Source: an uncultured Pseudomonadota bacterium (GTDB lineage: Bacteria > Pseudomonadota > Alphaproteobacteria > RF32 > CAG-239). From it: a stretch of DNA of 64,000 bases. The stretch spans positions 1,816-65,815 of the forward strand of contig CASGEB010000002.1 of NCBI GenBank assembly GCA_949300375.1. Direction: 5' to 3'. The notes under the pieces are model-generated. The model searched no databases. It was not told the DNA's origin and saw only the letters and a program-made list of their open reading frames with translations. The first letter of the stretch is position 1; each line of letters starts with the position of its first letter. The position numbers and the translations under genes are program-made. Below, piece after piece: positions 20,494 to 29,207 of this stretch.

Positions 20494-22023
20494 TCAATCC
20501 CACCGTTGCTGATAAAACATAGCTTCTTCGGGATTGTTGCGGTTGTAAAATTCCCGCAAGGCATACATTTCCAGCGGATAGCGGTCGATATACGCCATAA
20601 CGATGTCATGCGAACCTTCTTGTGCCAGAAACTTTTCTTCTTCCGGAGAAAAGCGTTCAGTGAGACATTTCTTAAAGTCTTCAAGATTTCCGCTTTTAAT
20701 AATATTCTTTCTTACCGTCGCGGTAAATGAAGGACTCTTCTGTCGATTCGCCAAAGCCAGCATCTCGTCAACCTTGTTTCTTCCGGTGCTTTGATAGGCG
20801 TTGACTAATGAATACAAATGCTCCGAAGGATAATGCTCGATGAGATGCATAACCAACTCGTCTTTTCCTGTTTTCAGAAACTCTTCAAGATGGTATATAA
20901 CGGGATATAACGAAATATAATCTTTAGCCTCAGGCAAAGACCGTTTTTCAAACAACAAACCAAGAAGCTGGTAGTCAAACTGGTATTTGCGAATGTAGCT
21001 GTAGAACAATTCCGAAGATCCTGTTTCCAAAAGAGTTTTTTGCTTTTCAAACGGGAGTTTGCGTTGAGAAATCCACAAGTTGAAATAATCAGGATTGTTG
21101 CTGTCCAATAACATCGCGGTCAAATATTCGCACAACCCGTGTTTTTGCAAGTGCAGGGCAATTTCTTCCGTATTGCCGCGTTGCCAAAGCATCTGCTGCA
21201 CCAGGGGCGAAAAACCATGCCGCCGGATGTAAGACATCAGTTCATCATGGTTTTGGCGGCTGACGACAATAGCCTGTCCGCTTTCGCCAAATCCCATATA
21301 AGATAAGAAAGCCTCCATTTCTTCAGGGTTGTTCCGTTCGGCAATCATCACTTGCACATCATTCGGCAGGGTTTTGCGCTGTTTGCCGTACCAGTGGATT
21401 GCAAATAAAATATCCTCATGATTCTGATAGAGCCTGAACCATTTGGATATCAATTCCGGACAAAGACAGTGCTTGTGAAAATGCAGGGCAATTTCTTCCA
21501 TATTGCCGCGCTGCCAAAGCTTTTTCTGCATTTGGGGCGTAAAACCGTGGCGTTCGATATAATACATCAGTTCGTCGTGTTTTCCGCGTCTGATGACAAC
21601 ATCCTGCCCTTCTTCGCCAAAACCCATATAAGCCAAAAAAGCTTTCATTTCTTCAGGGTTGTTCCGTTCGGCAATAATAACCTGAACAGCAACCGGCAAA
21701 ACAATACTGCGGGAACTGTAAGAAATGTGGTTATATCGAGATACAACCGCATACATTTCGCCGTATTTTTGAATCATAAGCAAGATTTCATCATGTTTTT
21801 GCCGCTGGGCAATCATAATGGCGCGCTCATCGGTAAGTTTGTTTTCAATCAGACGATAGGAGCAATACGAAAATCCTTCATAATCCTCTTCCCTGAAAGA
21901 CTCAATATGGCATTCAAGCTTGTTCAACTCTTCCATAATCTCAATGTGGAGCTCACACTCTTTCCGTCCTTCTTCTAAAGAAGTCATCGGATCTTTTTCT
22001 GCTAATTTCTTCATAATATACAT
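20494..22023 (-). CDS. Hypothetical protein with about 110-aa tandem repeats
   Basis: Two near-identical repeats (VQV[IM]IAERNNPEEM...LQKH.LC) and a third degenerate copy. Confidence 0.5.
   Translation of the reverse strand: MYIMKKLAEKDPMTSLEEGRKECELHIEIMEELNKLECHIESFREEDYEGFSYCSYRLIENKLTDERAIMIAQRQKHDEILLMIQKYGEMYAVVSRYNHISYSSRSIVLPVAVQVIIAERNNPEEMKAFLAYMGFGEEGQDVVIRRGKHDELMYYIERHGFTPQMQKKLWQRGNMEEIALHFHKHCLCPELISKWFRLYQNHEDILFAIHWYGKQRKTLPNDVQVMIAERNNPEEMEAFLSYMGFGESGQAIVVSRQNHDELMSYIRRHGFSPLVQQMLWQRGNTEEIALHLQKHGLCEYLTAMLLDSNNPDYFNLWISQRKLPFEKQKTLLETGSSELFYSYIRKYQFDYQLLGLLFEKRSLPEAKDYISLYPVIYHLEEFLKTGKDELVMHLIEHYPSEHLYSLVNAYQSTGRNKVDEMLALANRQKSPSFTATVRKNIIKSGNLEDFKKCLTERFSPEEEKFLAQEGSHDIVMAYIDRYPLEMYALREFYNRNNPEEAMFYQQRWD
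21028..21687. repeat. Intragenic tandem duplication (2 x 330 bp) encoding the 110-aa repeats
   Basis: DNA-level similarity is visible in both copies, e.g. aaatgcagggcaatttcttcc...ttgccgcg...ctgccaaagc. Confidence 0.6.
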
Positions 22024-22201
22024 AATTTTTATTGTTTTCCCCCTGACTCATAACACAATTTTCTATAAAATCAATAAGAAAATAGAAAGGATATTAAATT
22101 TTGAAAAATTTGTCTAATATTATGCTTGACCTGACAGCGGATTTATGGTATTACTGAACCCGTGAGAGATATTTTTATGTTAAACAAAAAAATTTACAAT
22201 T

Positions 22202-22720
22202 ATGCAAAACGTTATTTTTATCATTTTAGCAGTTCTTGTTGTTTCCTGCGTTGTGTTGTACCTCCGATATAGAAAGGAAATAAAGTCGAAACAGGCGAAA
22301 CGGAAACAAGAAAAATTAAATGAGGAATTGGCAAAAACTTGTAGGGGGTTTGATTACTACAAAGAAGATATCAATAAAGTAATCCGGCTGCTTGAAGCAG
22401 GGGCAGACCCTAATACAAGAGTACCCATTAGGGTGAATTATTCTGAAGATTCCTATGCGCCTGGTTATGCTACAGAATATGTGTCTTTATATTCTGAAAC
22501 AGAAAATGAAGAGGTCAAAAAGCTTTTAAGAGCCTTTGGAGCAAAAACGCCTGAAGAATTGAAAGCCGAATGGGAAGAAGAGGAAAGAATCCGTAAAGCT
22601 AAAGAAGCTCGGAAATATGAACTCCGTGAAGCGAAGGAGGAAGCAGAAAGAAAAGCTAAAGCCAAAGCCGATAAACAAAGAGTTGATACATATTTAGCGG
22701 CAAGGTTGTCTCAATCTTAA
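22202..22720 (+). CDS. Hypothetical protein: N-terminal TM segment, ankyrin-like segment, charged coiled-coil tail
   Basis: 172-aa ORF followed by a hairpin plus T-run at about 22733-22768. Confidence 0.4.
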   Translation: MQNVIFIILAVLVVSCVVLYLRYRKEIKSKQAKRKQEKLNEELAKTCRGFDYYKEDINKVIRLLEAGADPNTRVPIRVNYSEDSYAPGYATEYVSLYSETENEEVKKLLRAFGAKTPEELKAEWEEEERIRKAKEARKYELREAKEEAERKAKAKADKQRVDTYLAARLSQS

Positions 22721-22857
22721 TATGCAGACTAAAAACGTTTCTCTATCTTAGGGAAACGTTTTTTTTACTCCGAATGCGAATACTTATACTTAAAAGAAAA
22801 ATGCCTGTTTCAGGCGGAATATGTTAGTCTCTCTGATTATTTCTTAAAAAAATTTTT

Positions 22858-23211
22858 TTACGATGTTTCTGTTTGTTTTTTTATCCACATCATAATCAAC
22901 TCAACAATATCTTCCTGCTGCTTCGGAGTCAATGCTGTCCCGGGACGGATGCCGTGCCATTTATAAAGGCATTTCCGGCAGCAGCAGGCTGTGGCATGCT
23001 GGGCGATAAATACCGGATGACTGCGCATTGGCGTTTGTTTGCCGTCATTCTCAATAACTGCGGGAGCCAGCCTGCGGGCAATAAAATCTTCGGCGTGGCG
23101 GCGGATGGTATCATACCCTTTCTGCCAAACATAGTCTTTATATTTCCGGGTCAATTTAAAACTGCTGCGGAATTTTGATTTTCCGAGTTTTTCCAAAATG
23201 CCTTTTTCCAT
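22858..23211 (-). CDS. DUF4186-like protein
   Basis: About 117 aa with a CCCRKCL..WHG motif. Family assignment is from memory. Confidence 0.4.
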   Translation of the reverse strand: MEKGILEKLGKSKFRSSFKLTRKYKDYVWQKGYDTIRRHAEDFIARRLAPAVIENDGKQTPMRSHPVFIAQHATACCCRKCLYKWHGIRPGTALTPKQQEDIVELIMMWIKKQTETS

Positions 23212-23300
23212 AATTTTCTTCTGTCGGAATTATAAGACGTTATAATTTCTGTTGCAAATATAAAAATTAAACTTAAACTTTTATTCCAAAGGAAGAAATA

Positions 23301-24308
23301 ATGAATTTAACCAAAAAAGAAATTATTGCTTTGCTGTCTGACAAGCAAAATGAGCAAGAGCTGTTTAACCGGGCAGATGATGTCCGAAGAAAAAATGTCG
23401 GCGATGAGGTGCACTTGCGCGGCCTGATAGAATTTTCCAACTTCTGCCGCAACAATTGTTTGTATTGCGGTATCCGCCGGGATAATAAAAAAGTCTGCCG
23501 TTACCGCCTTTCGGAAGAAGAGCTGATAAAAACGGCTCGTCAGGGTGCGGAAATGGGGTTCAAAACCATAGTAATGCAGTCCGGAGAAGATATGTATTTC
23601 TCTGTAGAGCGGTTATGCCGTATCATTTCGGCGGTTAAAAATTTTGACGTCGCGGTAACCTTGAGCATCGGCGAACGGAATTATGATGAATACAAAGCTT
23701 TTCGCGAGGCCGGCGCCGACCGTTATCTGATGAGGATAGAAACAACGGACAAAGAGCTTTATCACCGGCTGGATCCGCAAATGAGCTGGCAGCGCCGTTA
23801 TGAATGCCTGCTGATGATAAAAGAGCTTGGTTATGAGCTTGGGTCGGGAATTATGGTCGGACTTCCGGGACAAACGCTTGAATCCATCGCAAACGATTTG
23901 CTTTTCTTGCAGAATTTGGAAATTGATATGGCCGGCATAGGCCCCTTTATTCCGCATCCGGATACCCCGCTTGCCGGAGAAAACGGCGGAAGTTTAAGCC
24001 TGGCTTTGCGGACAATGGCCGTTATGCGGATTATGCTGCCGGATATCAATATTCCGGCCACCACCGCAATGGAAAGCCTGCATCCAAACGGGCGGATAAT
24101 GGCTTTGCAGGCCGGAGCAAACGTTATTATGCCGAATATAACGGAAGAAGAATATCGAAGTCTTTATGCGCTCTATCCGGGAAAAGCAGGCGCCGACGGC
24201 ACGCCGGCAAACAGCCGCAGCCGTTTGGCGCAGAAAATAATAAATCTTGGGCGAACCATTGGAACAGGGTATGGCAGCCGGATTAAAAAGTCGCTTGTTG
24301 ACAAATAG
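23301..24308 (+). CDS. Radical SAM enzyme of the HydE/BioB/PylB family
   Basis: CRNNCLYCGIRR (CxxxCxxC). TIM-barrel size (335 aa). Closest in style to the [FeFe]-hydrogenase maturase HydE. Confidence 0.65.
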   Translation: MNLTKKEIIALLSDKQNEQELFNRADDVRRKNVGDEVHLRGLIEFSNFCRNNCLYCGIRRDNKKVCRYRLSEEELIKTARQGAEMGFKTIVMQSGEDMYFSVERLCRIISAVKNFDVAVTLSIGERNYDEYKAFREAGADRYLMRIETTDKELYHRLDPQMSWQRRYECLLMIKELGYELGSGIMVGLPGQTLESIANDLLFLQNLEIDMAGIGPFIPHPDTPLAGENGGSLSLALRTMAVMRIMLPDINIPATTAMESLHPNGRIMALQAGANVIMPNITEEEYRSLYALYPGKAGADGTPANSRSRLAQKIINLGRTIGTGYGSRIKKSLVDK

Positions 24309-24364
24309 AAAATGTAATGCTAGATACAAAACTGTATAACTTTATTATTGTCTGTATTATGGAT

Positions 24365-25192
24365 ATGTTAGATTTAAGCACGGTGAACCGTACGATTCCG
24401 ATAGGTATCAGACGGGCATGGCGAGGAGATAACGGAATGATATATTCAGGAATTCTCCCCGGGGACTATCTTTTGAAAGATGACAGCTTTTCCGCTTCCA
24501 CCGTTTGGGGGCAGGAGAAAGGCATTTTTTTTGAGAACTTCGATTATCTGATTTTGGAGCATCTGACAACCAATGCCGTAACAGCGTCTGAGGCGCTTGG
24601 CTATTGCAAAGTTGTCGGTATGGCGTTGCCTTCTTGCAAAAGGCTTGAATCTTTGGAAAAATTCAAAGATATCGTAAATCATAGCTTAAAATGCATAGGC
24701 AAAGATGACTGTCGGCTTCTTTCAAATATTGTTAAAAACTATTGGTCAAAAGAAGCTGCCGAAAGCGGAGAACCCGGATGCCGCCGTATTGTAATGACGG
24801 GATATGCCGGATTTACGCGTTTTGATATTCCAAATATCCAGGGGGTTTGTATCAAAAATACATCGCCCCGTATTCCGGGTATTTATATTGCTGATCAGCA
24901 TTATGAAGATGCTTCTTGGTTGTTGCAGGATATCGGGCAATGTTGGTATTACGTTTTAGAAAGCCGCTGCCGGCGGTATTCTTATGCGCCGCAGGATATA
25001 AGCCGTAACGGCCGCTGTTATATTAAAGGAAAGAACTTAATTGTTGAAAACCCAACCGGAGATGTCTTTTACAAAGGAACGGAAAGATATGCCAGAACCA
25101 TAAAAGACTACTTCACAATGGACAATTATGGAATATACCGAAAAACTGACAGTATTGAAGGAAATGTTCTAGCTCCGGAAGCCGAAAAATAA
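24365..25192 (+). CDS. Hypothetical protein, paralog A
   Basis: Shares IPIG.RRAWRGD, YSGILPGDYLLKD, AEALGYCK.VG, WYYVLESRC and VENPTGD.FY motifs with the ORF at 25479. Confidence 0.55.
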   Translation: MLDLSTVNRTIPIGIRRAWRGDNGMIYSGILPGDYLLKDDSFSASTVWGQEKGIFFENFDYLILEHLTTNAVTASEALGYCKVVGMALPSCKRLESLEKFKDIVNHSLKCIGKDDCRLLSNIVKNYWSKEAAESGEPGCRRIVMTGYAGFTRFDIPNIQGVCIKNTSPRIPGIYIADQHYEDASWLLQDIGQCWYYVLESRCRRYSYAPQDISRNGRCYIKGKNLIVENPTGDVFYKGTERYARTIKDYFTMDNYGIYRKTDSIEGNVLAPEAEK

Positions 25193-25478
25193 CGGATAAT
25201 GCCGGTTGAATCTAGAAAAGCAAAACAATGTATGGCAAGGCCGGAGAGGCTTGCTTTTTTGCTTGGCAATAAGCTTCGTCATCTAAAGACGGGGCTTATT
25301 TTTTTATAGGAAAAAACTTTTGATGCTATTTGCACGCCCGGCAAACAGCCACAGCCGGCTGGTGCAAAAGATGAAACTTGACCGAACCACCAGAAACGGC
25401 CATATCAAAAAGCTGCTTATTGACAAATATTAAGTAAGGTGATAAAAAAACACCTAACGTTAAATTATTATTTGTATT

Positions 25479-26324
25479 ATGAAAATTTCAGATTTAGCAA
25501 CAGCAGACCGAATGATTCCGATAGGAAACAGAAGGGCATGGAGAGGGGATGGACGATTAGCCCAATGTTTTTATTCAGGCATCCTTCCCGGTGATTATCT
25601 TTTAAAAGATAACAGTGTATCAATATCCACCCAGTGGAACCAGGAAAAAGGAATTTTAATAGATTCCTCAGGGAATTATTTGTCGTTGATTAATTATCCT
25701 CATTTTGCCGTAACAGCAGCAGAAGCTCTGGGGTATTGCAAAGCCGTCGGTGTTGAGTTGCCGTCCGCAGAAAGGTTGAAAACGCTGGAAACTGTTCTTC
25801 CTGCAGTCAACCAAAGTTTAAAATATGTCGGACTGGATAATATGCTGGTACCGCAAAATCCTGTTCAGAGTTGTTGGTCAAAAGAAGATGCGATCAACAA
25901 AAACCGAGGCGTAAGAAGGATTATTATCATTGATACGGCTGAAAAATTTAATTTTTGTGATTTGAATGTATGGGGCTTGTCCAGTTCGGGATTTTTAAAT
26001 GACATCGGAATTGAGGTAGTCAGCACTAATTATAACGAGCCGGTTTGGCTGTTACAAAAAATAGGCCCTTGGTATTATGTTCTTGAAAGCCGGTGTAAGT
26101 TTTATGCCTATCAAAAAGATGATCGTTCTGAAAACGGAAGATTCTATTTGGAAGGGGATCAACTTGTTGTTGAAAATCCGACGGGAGAAACATTTTATGA
26201 AAAAAACGTCAGATATGCAAAAACTGTAAAAGATTATTTCAAAAAAGATCAATATGGTCTCTATCGAAAAGTCGGAAGTGCAGAAGAGGCGGTGCTGAAC
26301 CCTCACAGATATGAGGACGATTAA
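25479..26324 (+). CDS. Hypothetical protein, paralog B
   Basis: About 40% identity by eye to paralog A over its full length. Followed by a terminator hairpin. Confidence 0.55.
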   Translation: MKISDLATADRMIPIGNRRAWRGDGRLAQCFYSGILPGDYLLKDNSVSISTQWNQEKGILIDSSGNYLSLINYPHFAVTAAEALGYCKAVGVELPSAERLKTLETVLPAVNQSLKYVGLDNMLVPQNPVQSCWSKEDAINKNRGVRRIIIIDTAEKFNFCDLNVWGLSSSGFLNDIGIEVVSTNYNEPVWLLQKIGPWYYVLESRCKFYAYQKDDRSENGRFYLEGDQLVVENPTGETFYEKNVRYAKTVKDYFKKDQYGLYRKVGSAEEAVLNPHRYEDD

Positions 26325-26424
26325 CCGCCGTTAAAAAGCCAAAGGTATATGATGCCTTTGGCTTTTTTGTAACTTATAAAAAACCCCGGAAAACCGGGGT
26401 TGCAATACTTTACAAAAGTTCAGC

Positions 26425-26673
26425 CTATTTTTTTGTTTTTTTGCTGGCTGCTTTTTTTACAGAAGTTTTGCTGGAGCAAGCTTTGCTGCTGGATTTTGTA
26501 GAGCAGGAAGATTTGCTGGTGCAGCTGATTTTATTGGAGCAGTTGATTTTGCTGGACAGCTGTTGAATGGCGGCATTCCAGTTCTGCAAATCATTTCCGT
26601 TTTGGCAGCCGTTGTTCAGCCAGTTGTAGTAAGCAGCAACGCGAATATCATTTTCAGTATAGTTTTTCATCAC
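26425..26673 (-). CDS. DUF2934-domain small basic protein with a Cys/Ser/Thr/Lys-rich tail
   Basis: N-terminal DIRVAAYYNWLNNG...DLQNWNAA resembles DUF2934. Tail is CSNKISCTSKSSCSTKSSSKACSSKTSVKKAASKKTKK. Minus-strand terminator CCCCGGTTTTCCGGGG+T-run at about 26378-26400. Confidence 0.45.
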   Translation of the reverse strand: MMKNYTENDIRVAAYYNWLNNGCQNGNDLQNWNAAIQQLSSKINCSNKISCTSKSSCSTKSSSKACSSKTSVKKAASKKTKK

Positions 26674-27023
26674 TTGTAGTCCTCAAAAGTAAAAATTACC
26701 AAATACAACTGTAGAATATAAGCAAAGTGTTAAAACTTATTTAATTTATTGATTCGGCATAAAATATTTTTTGAGGGGAGGCGGATTAAAATGCGTGTTT
26801 TGTCTATTTATGAATAAATGTTGCGGCTTGTTTTTTTTATAAGGCGTATGGGTAAAAGAATAGAACAAATTTTGTGTTTTTGAATTTTGGGAAAATTTGG
26901 CACAAAATAATTTTTTTAATCCCTTTGTGTCTGAATTTTATAATAAACAGACCACAAAAAATATCTTGACTTAGAGCGCACTTTAAAAGTTATGCTGATA
27001 TTATCTTAAATGAAGGGAGAATA

Positions 27024-27983
27024 ATGATGAAACGCAGAGACTTTTGCAAATTGTCGGTAAGCGCTGTCGTCGCCGGCGTTTTAGGAAAAAACTTCGGCAT
27101 AAATCCGGCTGGTGCCGCCTTGCCTGAACAACAGGAAAAGCCAAAGGTTTATTTTATCCGTGATATTACGCCGGAGAATCTGGTAAAGCTTTATGAAAAG
27201 GTCAACCAAAATATCAAAGGCAAAACTGCAATAAAACTTCATACCGGCGAACCTCACGGGCCGAACCTGCTGCCGCGTGAATTGGCCAAAGCCCTGCAGG
27301 CTCAGATTCCCAATAGCACGATTGTAGAGTGCAATGTCTTGTATCCCAGTCCGCGCCAGACCACACAAGGGCATTTGGAAACGTTAAAGACAAACGGCTG
27401 GACATTTTGCCCGGTAGATATTATGGATGCGGATGGCGATATTTCTTTGCCGGTTAACGGCGGAAAACGCCTGAAAGAAGTTGCTGTCGGAAAGCATATT
27501 GAAAATTATGATTCGATGGTCGTTTACACCCACTTTAAAGGACACGCGATGGGTGGTTTTGGCGGTTCGTTAAAAAATATTGCCATCGGTTGTGCTTCGG
27601 GCAAAAAAGGAAAAGCCCAGCTGCACGGCGCCGGCTGGCCGATTGGCAAGCCTTTTTTGGAAAGAATGGTGGAAGGCGGCAAAGCTGTTTGCGACCATTT
27701 TGGAAAACAAATTACGTATATTAATGTCTTAAAAAATATTTCGGTCGACTGCGACTGTGATGCCCACGGCGCAAAACCAACCTGCCCGGATATCGGAATG
27801 CTTGCCTCAACTGATATTCTGGCTGTTGACCAGGCTTCTGTTGATATGGTTTATGCTCTGCCGGAGAAAGACAAACATGATATTGTTGAGCGAATAGAAT
27901 CGCGCGAAGGGCTTCATCAGCTGGAATATATGGAAACGCTGAAAATGGGCAGCCGCCGGTATGAACTGGTTGAAATCAGCTGA
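27024..27983 (+). CDS. Tat-signal secreted protein, possibly a DUF362 family member
   Basis: Twin-arginine signal (MMKRRDFCKLSVSAVVAG). Motifs HTGEPHG and GGSLKNIAIGC, and a CDCDAHG Cys cluster. Confidence 0.45.
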   Translation: MMKRRDFCKLSVSAVVAGVLGKNFGINPAGAALPEQQEKPKVYFIRDITPENLVKLYEKVNQNIKGKTAIKLHTGEPHGPNLLPRELAKALQAQIPNSTIVECNVLYPSPRQTTQGHLETLKTNGWTFCPVDIMDADGDISLPVNGGKRLKEVAVGKHIENYDSMVVYTHFKGHAMGGFGGSLKNIAIGCASGKKGKAQLHGAGWPIGKPFLERMVEGGKAVCDHFGKQITYINVLKNISVDCDCDAHGAKPTCPDIGMLASTDILAVDQASVDMVYALPEKDKHDIVERIESREGLHQLEYMETLKMGSRRYELVEIS

Positions 27984-28016
27984 TTTTTAATATAAATAAG
28001 CAATAGGCAGGTAAAT

Positions 28017-29135
28017 ATGTTAATGTGGTATATCATTTTGGCAATCACGATTGTTTTGACCGGAACCGGGTTGATTTATGTCAGCAGCCGGGTGAGTAAA
28101 TTCGGGTTTGTCGAAAAACTCGGCAAGGGCGGCAAGACGCGGCGTCATTTGGCCGGAGCCGTTATCGTTCTGCTGGCGTTTTTTCTGCTCAGCCTTGCAA
28201 TAAACCTGATGAATGCCGTCATCTGCCTGTTGCATTTTATGGTTATCTGGCTGGTATGCGATTTGTTTTTTGCCCTGGCCGGACGGATAAGAAAACAGCC
28301 GTTTCGGCGTTATTATGCCGGAGGGACGGCCGTCTTTTTGAGTATTGTTTCCCTGGCGGCCGGCTGGTATCTTGACCACCATGTCTGGACGACTTCTTAT
28401 GTGATTGAATCTCAAAAAGCTTCTCAGAATTTGCGCATTGTTCTTTTTGCCGATTCTCATATCGGAACGACATTTGACAGCCGGGGTTTTGCCGGACTTT
28501 TGGAACAGATGCAGCAGCAAAATCCCGATATGGTCGTTATAGCCGGCGATTTCGTGGATGACGGCACCAACCGTGCGGAAATGGTTGCCGCCAGCCGTGC
28601 TCTCGGAAATCTCAAAACAAATTACGGCGTCTATTTTGCTTTCGGCAACCATGACAAAGGCTATTACAGTCCGGCGCTTCGCGGCTTTACGGGCGGAGAG
28701 CTTATAAAGGAACTTGAGAAAAATAACGTCAGGGTTCTGCAGGATGAAAGCGTCTTAATCGGAGATTCTTTTTATATTATCGGGCGGAAGGACGCATCCG
28801 AAATGCAGCGCGGCGGCGCCCGGGCAGAAATGGCCGAATTGGTGAAGGGGCTGGATAAAGATAAAATGATGATTGTCTTGGATCACCAGCCGAATGATTA
28901 TGATAACCAGACCAAAACCGGCGCAGATTTGGTGCTTTCCGGCCATACGCACGGCGGACAGCTCTTTCCGCTGAACAAAGTTGGCGAATGGATTGGTGCC
29001 AATGACAAAACCTATGGATTCGAGCAGCGCGGAAACAGCCGTTTTATCGTAACTTCCGGTCTCTCCAACTGGGCAATGAAGTTCAAAACCGGCACAAAAT
29101 CAGAATTTGTTGTAATTGATATCAGAAAAAAATAA
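28017..29135 (+). CDS. Membrane-anchored calcineurin-like metallophosphoesterase
   Basis: 3-4 N-terminal TM helices. GDFVDDG, GNHD and GHTHGGQ motifs. Confidence 0.75.
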   Translation: MLMWYIILAITIVLTGTGLIYVSSRVSKFGFVEKLGKGGKTRRHLAGAVIVLLAFFLLSLAINLMNAVICLLHFMVIWLVCDLFFALAGRIRKQPFRRYYAGGTAVFLSIVSLAAGWYLDHHVWTTSYVIESQKASQNLRIVLFADSHIGTTFDSRGFAGLLEQMQQQNPDMVVIAGDFVDDGTNRAEMVAASRALGNLKTNYGVYFAFGNHDKGYYSPALRGFTGGELIKELEKNNVRVLQDESVLIGDSFYIIGRKDASEMQRGGARAEMAELVKGLDKDKMMIVLDHQPNDYDNQTKTGADLVLSGHTHGGQLFPLNKVGEWIGANDKTYGFEQRGNSRFIVTSGLSNWAMKFKTGTKSEFVVIDIRKK

Positions 29136-29207
29136 TGTTTCTTCGTTGTTGAAACAAATATAAAATGCCGCTGTAAAAAAGCGGCATTTCGTTTGGGCAC
29201 AGGGTTT

